Below, one piece after another: positions 47,690 to 56,204 of a stretch of DNA of 64,000 nt. The DNA is from Gammaproteobacteria bacterium (GTDB lineage Bacteria > Pseudomonadota > Gammaproteobacteria > Steroidobacterales > Steroidobacteraceae), in the NCBI GenBank assembly GCA_027459765.1, contig DAIDHD010000059.1:499-64498 (forward strand). The letters are read 5' to 3'. The notes below the pieces were generated by a model that worked only from the letters and a program-made list of their open reading frames with translations, was not told the origin of the DNA and searched no databases. Every line of letters begins with the position of its first letter. Within the stretch, counting starts at the first letter, position 1. The translations under genes were made by a program, and so were the position numbers.

Positions 47690-49717
47690 TCAGCCCGGCG
47701 CCGCCGCTCCGCGGCGCGGCCGGCGACCGCGGCTCTCCGCCGCGGCGGCGGCCTCCTTCGGCGCCGGCAGATCCACCACGCGCCGGAGGTTCGGGTAGGG
47801 CGCGGTCTTGTGCGGGATGGCCATCGCCTCGACGAAGTGCTGCTGGAAGCGCGGTTCGATCGCGGTCTCCACCTTCTCGATCCGCCGCACCAGCGACTCG
47901 ATGGTCGGGCGCGACTCGGCATCCAGCAGCGCGATGCGCGCACCGGTGCCGGCGGCGTTGCCCGCCGAGCGCACCTCGGCGAGATCGCAGTCCGGGATCA
48001 TGCCGAGCACGGCGGCGTACTTGACGTCGATGTGGCTGCCGAACGCGCCGGCGAGGCGGATCCGCTCGACCCGCTCGATGCCGAGCCGATCCATCAGCAG
48101 GGCGACGCCCGCGTACAGGGCCGCCTTGGCGAGCTGGATGGCGCGCACGTCGTTCTGGGTGATCTTCAGGTCCACGGCGCCCGCGTGCAGCACGTAGGCG
48201 AACGTGCGGCCATTCGCCACCACGCGCGCCGAGCGCTCCGCGAGCCGGCCGTCGACCACGCCGTCCTGGTTGATCACGCCCGCGAGGTACATCTCCGCGA
48301 TCACCTCGATGATCCCCGAGCCGCACACGCCGGTGATGCCGGTGTGTGCGGTGGCCTCGGCGAAGCCGGGATCGTCGGACCAGAGATCGCAGCCGATCAC
48401 CTTGAAGCGCGGTTCGAGGCTCTCGCGATCGATGCGCACCCGCTCGATCGCGCCGGGTGCGGCGCGCTGGCCGCAGCTGATCTGTGCGCCCTCGAAGGCG
48501 GGGCCGGTGGGGCTCGAGCAGGCGAGCAGCCGGTGGCGGTTGCCGAGCACGATCTCGGCGTTGGTGCCGACGTCCACCAGCAGCGTCATGGCGTCGTCGA
48601 GGTCCGGGCGCTCCGACAGCACCATGCCCGCGGTGTCCGCGCCCACGTGGCCGGCGATGCAGGGCAGCACGTAGACCCGCGCGTTCGGGTGCAGGTGCAG
48701 TTCCAGTTCGTGAGCGGGCAGGGTGAGCGACTGGTCCGTGGCGAGCGCGAACGGTGCGCCACCGAGCTCCACGGGATCGATGCCGAGGAGGAGGTGGTGC
48801 ATGATCGGGTTGCCCACCAGCGTCGCCTCGAGGATGTCCTGCGCGGTCACGCCGGCGCTCTGCGCCACGTCGGCGGCGAGCTGCGACACCGCCGCGCGCA
48901 CCGCCGCCGTCATCTGCGCGGCGCCGCCTGGGTTCATCATCGAATAGGACACCCGGCTCATGAGATCCTCGCCGAAGCGGATCTGCGGATTCATGGCGCC
49001 CGCCGACGCCACCACCTCGCCGCTGGTGAGGTCGCAAAGGTGCGCGGCGATGGTGGTTGAGCCGACGTCCACCGCGAGACCGAACGCCTGCTCGTGCAGG
49101 CCCGGCCAGACGCCGATGACGCGCTCGCCCGCGTGCACCGCCACCGTGACCGCCCAGCCGCCCGCGCGCAGAGTGGGTTGCAGCGACCGGAGCACCCCCA
49201 GGTCGCAACTCAGGTTCGCGAGCTGCCACTCCCGTTCCAGCGCCGCGTACAGGCGCCGCAGGTCGCCGGACGGGTCGTGCATGTCCGGCTCCTCGACCTG
49301 AACGTAGTGCAGCCGCACCAGCGGGTTCAGTTCGATGACGCGCGCGTCCGCCTCCTTGCGCACCAGCTGGCGGTGCACCTGGCTGCTCGCGGGCACGTCG
49401 ATGACCACGTCGGCCTCGATGCGCGCGGAACACGACAGGCGCCGACCGGCCGCGAGCGGCTGGCGGCGCGAGAAGCGCGCCTCGGGCTCGCTGAAGGCCG
49501 ACAGGCTCTGCGCCGAGGAGCTCACGCCGTGCTTGGCGAACTCACCCTCGGCGACCAGCACCTGGCATCGGCCGCACAGCCCGCGGCCGCCGCACACCGA
49601 GTCGATGTCGACGCCCAGCGCGCGCGCCGCCTGCAGCACCGGCGTGCCGGCCGGAAAGTGGCCGCGCTTGCCGGAGGGTGTGAAGACGATGAGCGGATCG
49701 CGACCGGATGCGGACAT
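47690..49717 (-). CDS. Reductive activator of corrinoid proteins (RACo-type: 2Fe-2S ferredoxin domain + ASKHA/DUF4445 ATPase domain)
   Basis: The 675-aa product has N-terminal SVCGGRGLCGRCQV...C (plant-type 2Fe-2S) and then an actin/ASKHA-like region (GLAVDVGSTTIAAHL, LLVDVGTNAEIVLG). Confidence 0.85.
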   Translation of the reverse strand: MSASGRDPLIVFTPSGKRGHFPAGTPVLQAARALGVDIDSVCGGRGLCGRCQVLVAEGEFAKHGVSSSAQSLSAFSEPEARFSRRQPLAAGRRLSCSARIEADVVIDVPASSQVHRQLVRKEADARVIELNPLVRLHYVQVEEPDMHDPSGDLRRLYAALEREWQLANLSCDLGVLRSLQPTLRAGGWAVTVAVHAGERVIGVWPGLHEQAFGLAVDVGSTTIAAHLCDLTSGEVVASAGAMNPQIRFGEDLMSRVSYSMMNPGGAAQMTAAVRAAVSQLAADVAQSAGVTAQDILEATLVGNPIMHHLLLGIDPVELGGAPFALATDQSLTLPAHELELHLHPNARVYVLPCIAGHVGADTAGMVLSERPDLDDAMTLLVDVGTNAEIVLGNRHRLLACSSPTGPAFEGAQISCGQRAAPGAIERVRIDRESLEPRFKVIGCDLWSDDPGFAEATAHTGITGVCGSGIIEVIAEMYLAGVINQDGVVDGRLAERSARVVANGRTFAYVLHAGAVDLKITQNDVRAIQLAKAALYAGVALLMDRLGIERVERIRLAGAFGSHIDVKYAAVLGMIPDCDLAEVRSAGNAAGTGARIALLDAESRPTIESLVRRIEKVETAIEPRFQQHFVEAMAIPHKTAPYPNLRRVVDLPAPKEAAAAAESRGRRPRRGAAAPG

Positions 49718-49732
49718 CGACGCGCGACTCCG

Positions 49733-50650
49733 TCAGGCCGGCCGGCGGCGCAGTCCGCCCTCGCGCCGCCCGCGCGGCGCCTCGCCCGTCGCCGCGCCCG
49801 GAGGAGGCGGTTCGCGAAAGCGGCGGATCCAGCGCGCGCAGTTCGGGTCGTGACCCATCATCACGTCCGCGCCCATCACCGCGGCGAGCACCTCGACGTG
49901 CAGCGGATTGAGGATGGCCGAGGTCATGCCGGCGCCGATGGCCATGGTGAGGAAGGCGGCGTTGATGCCGTGCCGGTTGGGCAGGCCGAAGCTGATGTTC
50001 GAGGCGCCGCAGGAGGTGTTCACCTTGAGCTCGTTGCGCAGGCGCGATACCAGATGCAGCACCTGACGGCCGGCCTGGTTGATGGCGCCGATGGGCATCA
50101 CCAAGGGATCCACCACCACGTCGCTCGCCGGGATGCCGTGATCCATGGCGCGCTCGACGATCTTCTTGGCGACCGTGAAGCGCACGTCCGGGTCCTCCGA
50201 GATGCCGGTCTCGTCGTTGGAGATCGCGATCACCGCCGCGCCGTACTTCTTGACGAGCGGCAGCACCTGCTCGAGGCGCTCCTCCTCGCCGGTCACGGAA
50301 TTCACCAGCGCCTTGCCCTTGTAGACAGCGAGACCCGCCTCGAGCGCGGCGACGATCGAGGAGTCGATCGACAGCGGCACGTCGGTGATCGACTGCACCA
50401 GCTGGATCGCCTTGGCGAGGATCGCCGGCTCGTCGGCGAGCGGGATGCCGGCGTTGACGTCGAGCATGTGCGCGCCGGCCTCCACCTGCGCGCGCGCGTC
50501 CGCCTCCACGCGGCTGAAGTCGCCCGCGGCCATCTCCGCCGCCAGGATCTTGCGGCCGGTGGGATTGATGCGCTCGCCGATGATGACGAAGGGACGCTCG
50601 AAGCCGATGACGACTTCCTTGGTGGCGGAGCTGACGACGGTATCGGTCAT
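49733..50650 (-). CDS. Methyltetrahydrofolate:corrinoid methyltransferase (pterin-binding domain, MtgA/AcsE/MeTr-like)
   Basis: In-frame ATG at 50650 in ORF 49733..51445. It shows VIIGERINPTGRK, HMLDVNAG, ALVNSVTGEE and SCGASNISFGLPNR. Confidence 0.85.
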   Translation of the reverse strand: MTDTVVSSATKEVVIGFERPFVIIGERINPTGRKILAAEMAAGDFSRVEADARAQVEAGAHMLDVNAGIPLADEPAILAKAIQLVQSITDVPLSIDSSIVAALEAGLAVYKGKALVNSVTGEEERLEQVLPLVKKYGAAVIAISNDETGISEDPDVRFTVAKKIVERAMDHGIPASDVVVDPLVMPIGAINQAGRQVLHLVSRLRNELKVNTSCGASNISFGLPNRHGINAAFLTMAIGAGMTSAILNPLHVEVLAAVMGADVMMGHDPNCARWIRRFREPPPPGAATGEAPRGRREGGLRRRPA

Positions 50651-51666
50651 GATGCGGTCCTGTGGGTGGTGGTCGGGGTGTCGCGGCCGGGGTACCAGGG
50701 CGTGCGTCCGGCGAGCACGCCGGAGCGCTCGACGATCTCGGCCACCGACTCCTCCTGGCGGTACGCCATGATGTGCACGCCGGCGACGCCGCGGATCTCG
50801 CGGATCTCCTGGATCAGCTCGACACAGATGTCGCGGCCCTCGCGCGCGCCGTCCTTCGCGCCACGCAGGCGCTCGATCAGCGCGTCGGGGATGTGCAGGC
50901 CCGGCACGTTGGCGCGCATCCACTCCGCAGTCTTCGCCGAGCGCAGCGGCCCGACGCCGACCAGGACGAACACGCGTTCGAGCAGGCCGAGCGACTCGAC
51001 CTGATCCATGAAGGCGCGCAGGCGCGCGACGTCGTACACGTACTGGGTCTGGATGAACTGCGCGCCGGCCGCGACCTTCTTCGCGAGGCGCTGCGCGCGC
51101 CACTCGAGCGGCAGGCCGCAGGGGTTCTCGGCCGCGCCGAGAAATACGCGCGGCGACGAGGAGATCTTGCGGCCGCTCTGGAAGCGGTGCTCGTCGCGCA
51201 GGGTTCGTGCGACGTCGAGCAGCGACATGCAGTCGAGGTCGAACACGGGCTTGGCCTGCGGGTGGTCGCCCGCCTGCACGCCGTCGCCGGTGAGGCACAG
51301 CACGTTGCACACGCCCATGGCCGCGCCGCCGAGGATGTCGCCCTGGATGGCGATGCGGTTCTTGTCGCGGCAGGAGATCTGCATGATGGGGGCGTAGCCC
51401 ATGCGGGTCAGCAGGGCGCACACCGCCACGCTCGACATGTGGCAATTCGCGCCGCTGCCGTCGGTGGCGTTGATCGCGTCCACGTAGCCGTCGAACACGC
51501 GGGCGCGCTTGAAGACTTCCTCCGGGTCGGCCGAATCCGGCGGCGCGAGTTCGGTGGTGACCGCGAAGCCGCCGGCGCGCAGCACGCGCTCGAATCGTCC
51601 CGGCGAACTGTGCCCCGGCAGGATCGGCAGCGGATAGCCGGGAACCGGCTCGTCCTCGAACCTCAT
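50647..51666 (-). CDS. metF: Methylenetetrahydrofolate reductase (MetF-like catalytic subunit)
   Basis: In-frame ATG at 51666 in ORF 50647..52203. It shows FAVTTELAPPD, VDAINATDG, ISCRDKNRIA, CLTGDG and FIQTQYVYD. The stop overlaps the next gene's start (ATGA). Confidence 0.83.
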   Translation of the reverse strand: MRFEDEPVPGYPLPILPGHSSPGRFERVLRAGGFAVTTELAPPDSADPEEVFKRARVFDGYVDAINATDGSGANCHMSSVAVCALLTRMGYAPIMQISCRDKNRIAIQGDILGGAAMGVCNVLCLTGDGVQAGDHPQAKPVFDLDCMSLLDVARTLRDEHRFQSGRKISSSPRVFLGAAENPCGLPLEWRAQRLAKKVAAGAQFIQTQYVYDVARLRAFMDQVESLGLLERVFVLVGVGPLRSAKTAEWMRANVPGLHIPDALIERLRGAKDGAREGRDICVELIQEIREIRGVAGVHIMAYRQEESVAEIVERSGVLAGRTPWYPGRDTPTTTHRTAS

Positions 51667-52160
51667 GACTTCGCAGCCGGCGCGGCCGGCGCCTGCGCAG
51701 GCGGAGTCTGCGGCTGCGCGCGTTCGCGCACCACGCGCAGCCAGGACGAACGGCCGGCCTGCCGGTGATCGACGGGCAACTGGACCACCCTCATCGCCTC
51801 GACGCCGCCGGGGATGCGCTGGCTGCCGCGATACGCCTCCACCCACACGCAGCGCATGGTGGGCACCACTTCGCAGCAGCCGTTGTCGCGCACCCCGCCG
51901 CAGGGGCCGTTGCGCAGCTGCTTGGGACAGTTCATCGGGCAGGACAGGCCCGTGGAGCTCAGCACGCACTGACCGCACATCTTGCAGTCGAACAGCACGC
52001 GCTTGACGGTGCGCTCCACCGCCGCCACCGGGCGCTCGAGGCGTTCGTAGCCGATGGCGCGAAACAGCGGATGCAGGCGCGTCAGCAGCGCCTCGAAACC
52101 GCGGTAGAGCGCCGACAGACCGCGCGCGTGCCGCACCGACCAGAGGCGCACGGCGTACAT
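51663..52160 (-). CDS. MTHFR C-terminal-domain (MetV-like) Cys-rich small subunit
   Basis: The 165-aa product has the Cys cluster FDCKMCGQCVLSSTGLSCPMNCPKQLRNGPCGG...CCE, as in MetV partners of MetF in acetogens. Confidence 0.8.
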   Translation of the reverse strand: MYAVRLWSVRHARGLSALYRGFEALLTRLHPLFRAIGYERLERPVAAVERTVKRVLFDCKMCGQCVLSSTGLSCPMNCPKQLRNGPCGGVRDNGCCEVVPTMRCVWVEAYRGSQRIPGGVEAMRVVQLPVDHRQAGRSSWLRVVRERAQPQTPPAQAPAAPAAKS

Positions 52161-52522
52161 CAGGTCGCTCCCGAGTCCGCGTCGCCGGTGGGGCTCGCAT
52201 CACCGGTGTTGCCCGCGGCCGCCGGCGCCTCCAGGCCCTTGGCGCGGATCAGGCGCTCCAGGTCCTCGTCGCTGTAGCGTGCTTCCAGCCGCGCCGCCTC
52301 GGCCGACGCCTCGGCCTGCAGGTCTTCGCCGCAGGGACGCGGCGCGCTGCGCCGCCAGTCCGCGAGATACGCGTCGGAACTGCCCTTGCCGGCGCGCATC
52401 GCGGCGCGGTCGACCGCCTCCTGGAAGCGCTGCGAGAGCTGCACCTTGGCGGTCTCGCGGCCGCGCTTGACGATGACCTGGGCGGGGATGTCGCGCCAGG
52501 AGATGATGATCAGCGAACTCAT
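52160..52522 (-). CDS. Small protein of the family usually labelled 'virulence factor' (function unknown)
   Basis: In-frame ATG at 52522 in ORF 52160..53050. MSSLIIISWRDIPAQVIVKRGRETAKVQLSQRFQEAVDRAAMRAG...YLADWRR matches my recollection of this family (YWRDIPAQV...). Both ends overlap the neighbouring genes. Confidence 0.65.
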   Translation of the reverse strand: MSSLIIISWRDIPAQVIVKRGRETAKVQLSQRFQEAVDRAAMRAGKGSSDAYLADWRRSAPRPCGEDLQAEASAEAARLEARYSDEDLERLIRAKGLEAPAAAGNTGDASPTGDADSGAT

Positions 52523-53151
52523 GCGGTGGTTTCCGTTGCCGGCGCCGCCTCCGCGTGCGCGACGAAGCGCGCGAGGCGGGTATCGAGCGCGCCGTAGCCG
52601 GTGATACGGGCCTCGAACGAGAGGCCCAGGCGCTCGGCGGCCGCGCGCGCACGGCCGCGTGCCTGCGGGTCGTTGGTCTGCGCGAGATAGACGAGGCGCC
52701 GATAATTGCCGAAGTAGGCGTCGCGCAGTTCGGGGTGACGGTCCAGGCCGAGTTCGCGAATCACCAGCCGTTCGAAATGCCGCGCCAGGAAATCGGTGAG
52801 ATAGAACGTGCCGGGCTCGTCCTCGGCGAGCGCCGCGAAGGTCGCGGCGCCGGCGTAGAACTCGTAGCAGTGCGCGCCCGGCAGCCGCTCCACGCCTTCC
52901 TCGGCCAGCACCCGGTCGAGCGCACCGCCCGTGCCGCAATCGGCGTACGCCACGAACACCGCGCGGTAGCGGTGGCGCGCCGCGCGCACCGCGGCGCGCA
53001 CGGCCTCGGGGATCTGTTCGGGACGGTTGTGCAGTTCGGGCGGCAGGCACGCGACGTCGAGCCCGTCCCAGCGATTGGCGCGGCGAAGCGCCGCGATCTC
53101 CCGGGCCAGCGCGCCGCAGGCAACGATGAGTGCACCCTCGCCCTGCGCCAT
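52519..53151 (-). CDS. DUF1638 domain protein
   Basis: The 210-aa product has IVACGALAREI..., ACLPPELHNRP, FVAYADCGTGG and HCYEFY blocks typical of DUF1638. This family commonly neighbours corrinoid methyltransferase genes. Confidence 0.78.
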   Translation of the reverse strand: MAQGEGALIVACGALAREIAALRRANRWDGLDVACLPPELHNRPEQIPEAVRAAVRAARHRYRAVFVAYADCGTGGALDRVLAEEGVERLPGAHCYEFYAGAATFAALAEDEPGTFYLTDFLARHFERLVIRELGLDRHPELRDAYFGNYRRLVYLAQTNDPQARGRARAAAERLGLSFEARITGYGALDTRLARFVAHAEAAPATETTA

Positions 53152-53173
53152 GATCGTCGTCGCAGCCGGCGGA

Positions 53174-53881
<708 letters not shown>

Positions 53882-54066
53882 ACCGCTCTCCTACAGGCAG
53901 GGCTTGCAGGGCGTCGCCCCTGGCCAGAATGACCACCCTGTGACCCCGTCCGCCGATGGTAAGTGCCACCTGCGGCCGAGACTTGCGAAAGGGCGACGGA
54001 GGCATACCCAGATGCGACAGGGTACGGACCTTTTTGCGACAGTCGTGACGGAGCGCCAGGTTCCCT
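53882..54066 (-). promoter_or_regulatory. Structured 185-nt leader upstream of the corrinoid protein gene (weak co-linear resemblance to a cobalamin riboswitch)
   Basis: The minus-strand RNA reads CUGAAGGGAACCUGG...CACGACUGUCGC...GGCACUU...GGACGGGG...GGCCAGGGGCGACGCCCUGC. These are partial matches to the AGGGAA, ACUGU and B12-box (AGCCAGGAGACCUGCC) blocks. It is not a confident match. Confidence 0.25.
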
Positions 54067-55014
54067 TCAGGGCGTCGGGGGCGGGCAATCGGCGGCCGGC
54101 GGGGCGGCGGGACGCGCGTTCAAGTCCTGCGAGGTGGCCTCGACCGCCGCGCGCAGCGGCGAATCCGCGGCGTCGGCGACGGCCCGGGCCGCCTCGCGAC
54201 GCGCGGCGGCGAGGCAGCCACGACGTGCGAGCAGGTCCGCGAGATTGTTGCGCGCGGCGACGTACCTGGGCGCGACGGCGAGCGCGCGGCGATAGGCGGC
54301 TTCGGCCGCCGCGGCGTCACCGGCGCGCGCGCGCGCATTGCCGAGGCCGAACCAGGCCGCCGGTTCCTGCGGCCAGCGCGCCGCGGCGGCGGCGTAGGTG
54401 GCTGCCGCGTCGGCCGGGGTGGCGAGGTGTTCGAAGGCCGCGGCGGCGTCCAGAAAGTCGCGCGCGTCGCCGCTGGCGGGCAACTCCCCGGGCGCGAGCG
54501 CCACGAAACCCCACTCGTCGGCGCGGCGCCAGGTGGCCGCGAAGCGCCAGTCACTGCTGCGTTCGCGCGCGGTGGTGCCCGAGCGCAGCAGCACGTGCCC
54601 CGGTTCGATGCCGATCACCACCGCGTAGTGCCACAGCGGGTGGCCGCGACTGCCGAAGTTCTGCAGCACCAGCACCGGGTGGCCGGCTCGAAGCTCCGCT
54701 TCCAGCGCCGCGCGTCCGCCGCGCAGGGGGACGGCGACCCGGCCGTTGCGCCGCGCGGCCGCGAGCATCTCGGCCTGCAGCGAGCCGTGCCGCGCGGGAA
54801 CGTAGACCTGCGGGGTGAGTTCGTCCGGCGTGATCGAGACGCCGCTCGCGGCGAGCACGGTGGCGAGCGCGGCCGGGCCGCACTGATAGCGTTGCTGTGG
54901 GAAGAAGGGTACCGCGGACAGCTCGGCCACCGGCGGGCCGCGGTCGCCGGCGGGCGGCGTGCTGGCGCAGCCCGCCAGGGCGAGCGCCGGCACGATCCAC
55001 GCCAGCCGGATCAA
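54067..55014 (-). CDS. Peptidase C39-like cysteine protease lipoprotein with C-terminal TPR repeats (PA2778-like family)
   Basis: Lipobox ALALAGC. The catalytic contexts are QQRYQCGPAALATVL (Cys) and LWHYAVVIG (His). The C-terminus is TPR-like and Ala-rich. Confidence 0.78.
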   Translation of the reverse strand: MIRLAWIVPALALAGCASTPPAGDRGPPVAELSAVPFFPQQRYQCGPAALATVLAASGVSITPDELTPQVYVPARHGSLQAEMLAAARRNGRVAVPLRGGRAALEAELRAGHPVLVLQNFGSRGHPLWHYAVVIGIEPGHVLLRSGTTARERSSDWRFAATWRRADEWGFVALAPGELPASGDARDFLDAAAAFEHLATPADAAATYAAAAARWPQEPAAWFGLGNARARAGDAAAAEAAYRRALAVAPRYVAARNNLADLLARRGCLAAARREAARAVADAADSPLRAAVEATSQDLNARPAAPPAADCPPPTP

Positions 55015-55409
55015 TGGTGGTGGCTGAAGATGTGGGTGGCGCCGACGTAATCGAGGATGATCAGCACCAGGAACACCACGCCGAGCACCACGAAGATCCC
55101 GAAATCGCCGCCCGCCGGCAGCGTGTCGAACTGGTGCGCGAGCAGGTTCAGATCCTGGTCGTCGAGCGCGGCGGCGCGTGTCGCGGCCTCGTCGGGATTG
55201 ACTCCGAACTTGACCAGCTGAGCGCGCACGTCGGCACGCGCAAGTCCCGCCTGCACCCGAGCGAGCGTGGCGGCGCGCGCGCTGCCTGAGTCCGCGGTGA
55301 GTGCGGTGTCGGTGCCGATCATCGCGGCGAACGCCCCGGCGGGCATGCCGGCGATCAGGAAGGCGCCGAGGGTGATCGAGAGCAGCGAGCGTTTCAGCGA
55401 GGGCGTCAT
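55011..55409 (-). CDS. PA2779-like small exported/membrane-anchored protein with a GG motif
   Basis: The 132-aa product has a signal peptide (..PAGAFA/AM). A soluble segment of about 70 aa ends in LPAGG, followed directly by a TM helix (DFGIFVVLGVVFLVLIILDYVG) and a tail ending HHH. The stop overlaps the peptidase start (ATGA). GGAGG RBS. Confidence 0.68.
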   Translation of the reverse strand: MTPSLKRSLLSITLGAFLIAGMPAGAFAAMIGTDTALTADSGSARAATLARVQAGLARADVRAQLVKFGVNPDEAATRAAALDDQDLNLLAHQFDTLPAGGDFGIFVVLGVVFLVLIILDYVGATHIFSHHH

Positions 55410-55517
55410 GAGACCTCCGAGCGTTGTTATTGTGAAGCCCGCGATGGTACGACGAGACGCCGGAGCGCGAAAAGCCGCGTCGCTGTGCGGCGACAGGGAA
55501 CCCTCGCGCCGGGAGCT

Positions 55518-56066
55518 TCAGCGCGCGGCGGCGATGCCGTTGCGGCGAGGCGTGCTCCGTGCCGCACGCGGCGGCGCGCGCCGCGCGCCCGTACGACGGG
55601 TGGCGCGCGTCGTGCTCGCGCCGGCCTTGCCCAGGCCAAGGAGCGTCGCCAGCCGGCGCGGCTGGTCAACCAGGTCGGCGAGGGTGTGCCGGTCGAGCTC
55701 GCGCAGGAAGGCATCGAGCGCTCGCTGCACGGCACGTGAAAATCCGCACGCCGTCTCGATCGGACAAGACTTGCGATCCTCGAAGCAGCCCACCAGGGCG
55801 AACCCCGGCTCCATGCGCCGGACCACCTCGCCGACGTTGATCTTCGCCGCCGGGCGTGCGAGCCGCATGCCGCCGCCGCGGCCGCGCAGGGTCTCGACGT
55901 AGCCGGCCTTGCCGAGCTGGTGCACCACCTTCATCAGGTGGTGTTCGGAGATGTCGTAGGCGCGCGCGATCTCGGCGATGGTAGTGAGTTCGGTCGGTCG
56001 CAGTGACAGGCGGACCAGGACGCGGATGGAATAATCGGTGTAGGTGGTCAGGTGCACGGCATTCAT
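55518..56066 (-). CDS. Rrf2-family (NsrR/IscR-like) Fe-S transcriptional regulator
   Basis: It has the TDYSIRVLVRL winged-helix N-terminus and three Cys in GCFEDRKSCPIETAC. The C-terminal tail of about 45 aa is unusually long and Arg/Ala-rich. Confidence 0.88.
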   Translation of the reverse strand: MNAVHLTTYTDYSIRVLVRLSLRPTELTTIAEIARAYDISEHHLMKVVHQLGKAGYVETLRGRGGGMRLARPAAKINVGEVVRRMEPGFALVGCFEDRKSCPIETACGFSRAVQRALDAFLRELDRHTLADLVDQPRRLATLLGLGKAGASTTRATRRTGARRAPPRAARSTPRRNGIAAAR

Positions 56067-56204
56067 CCCTGCGGCGAATTACGAGACGGCGCACGGTACG
56101 TCCGTGCACGTTCTCCCCGCTCGGCGCCATGATCACACACTTTTAATCGCTTTTTAATCTATGGTTTGCCGAGCTGCCTCGCTCACCCTATCGTAAGGAC
56201 CCGT

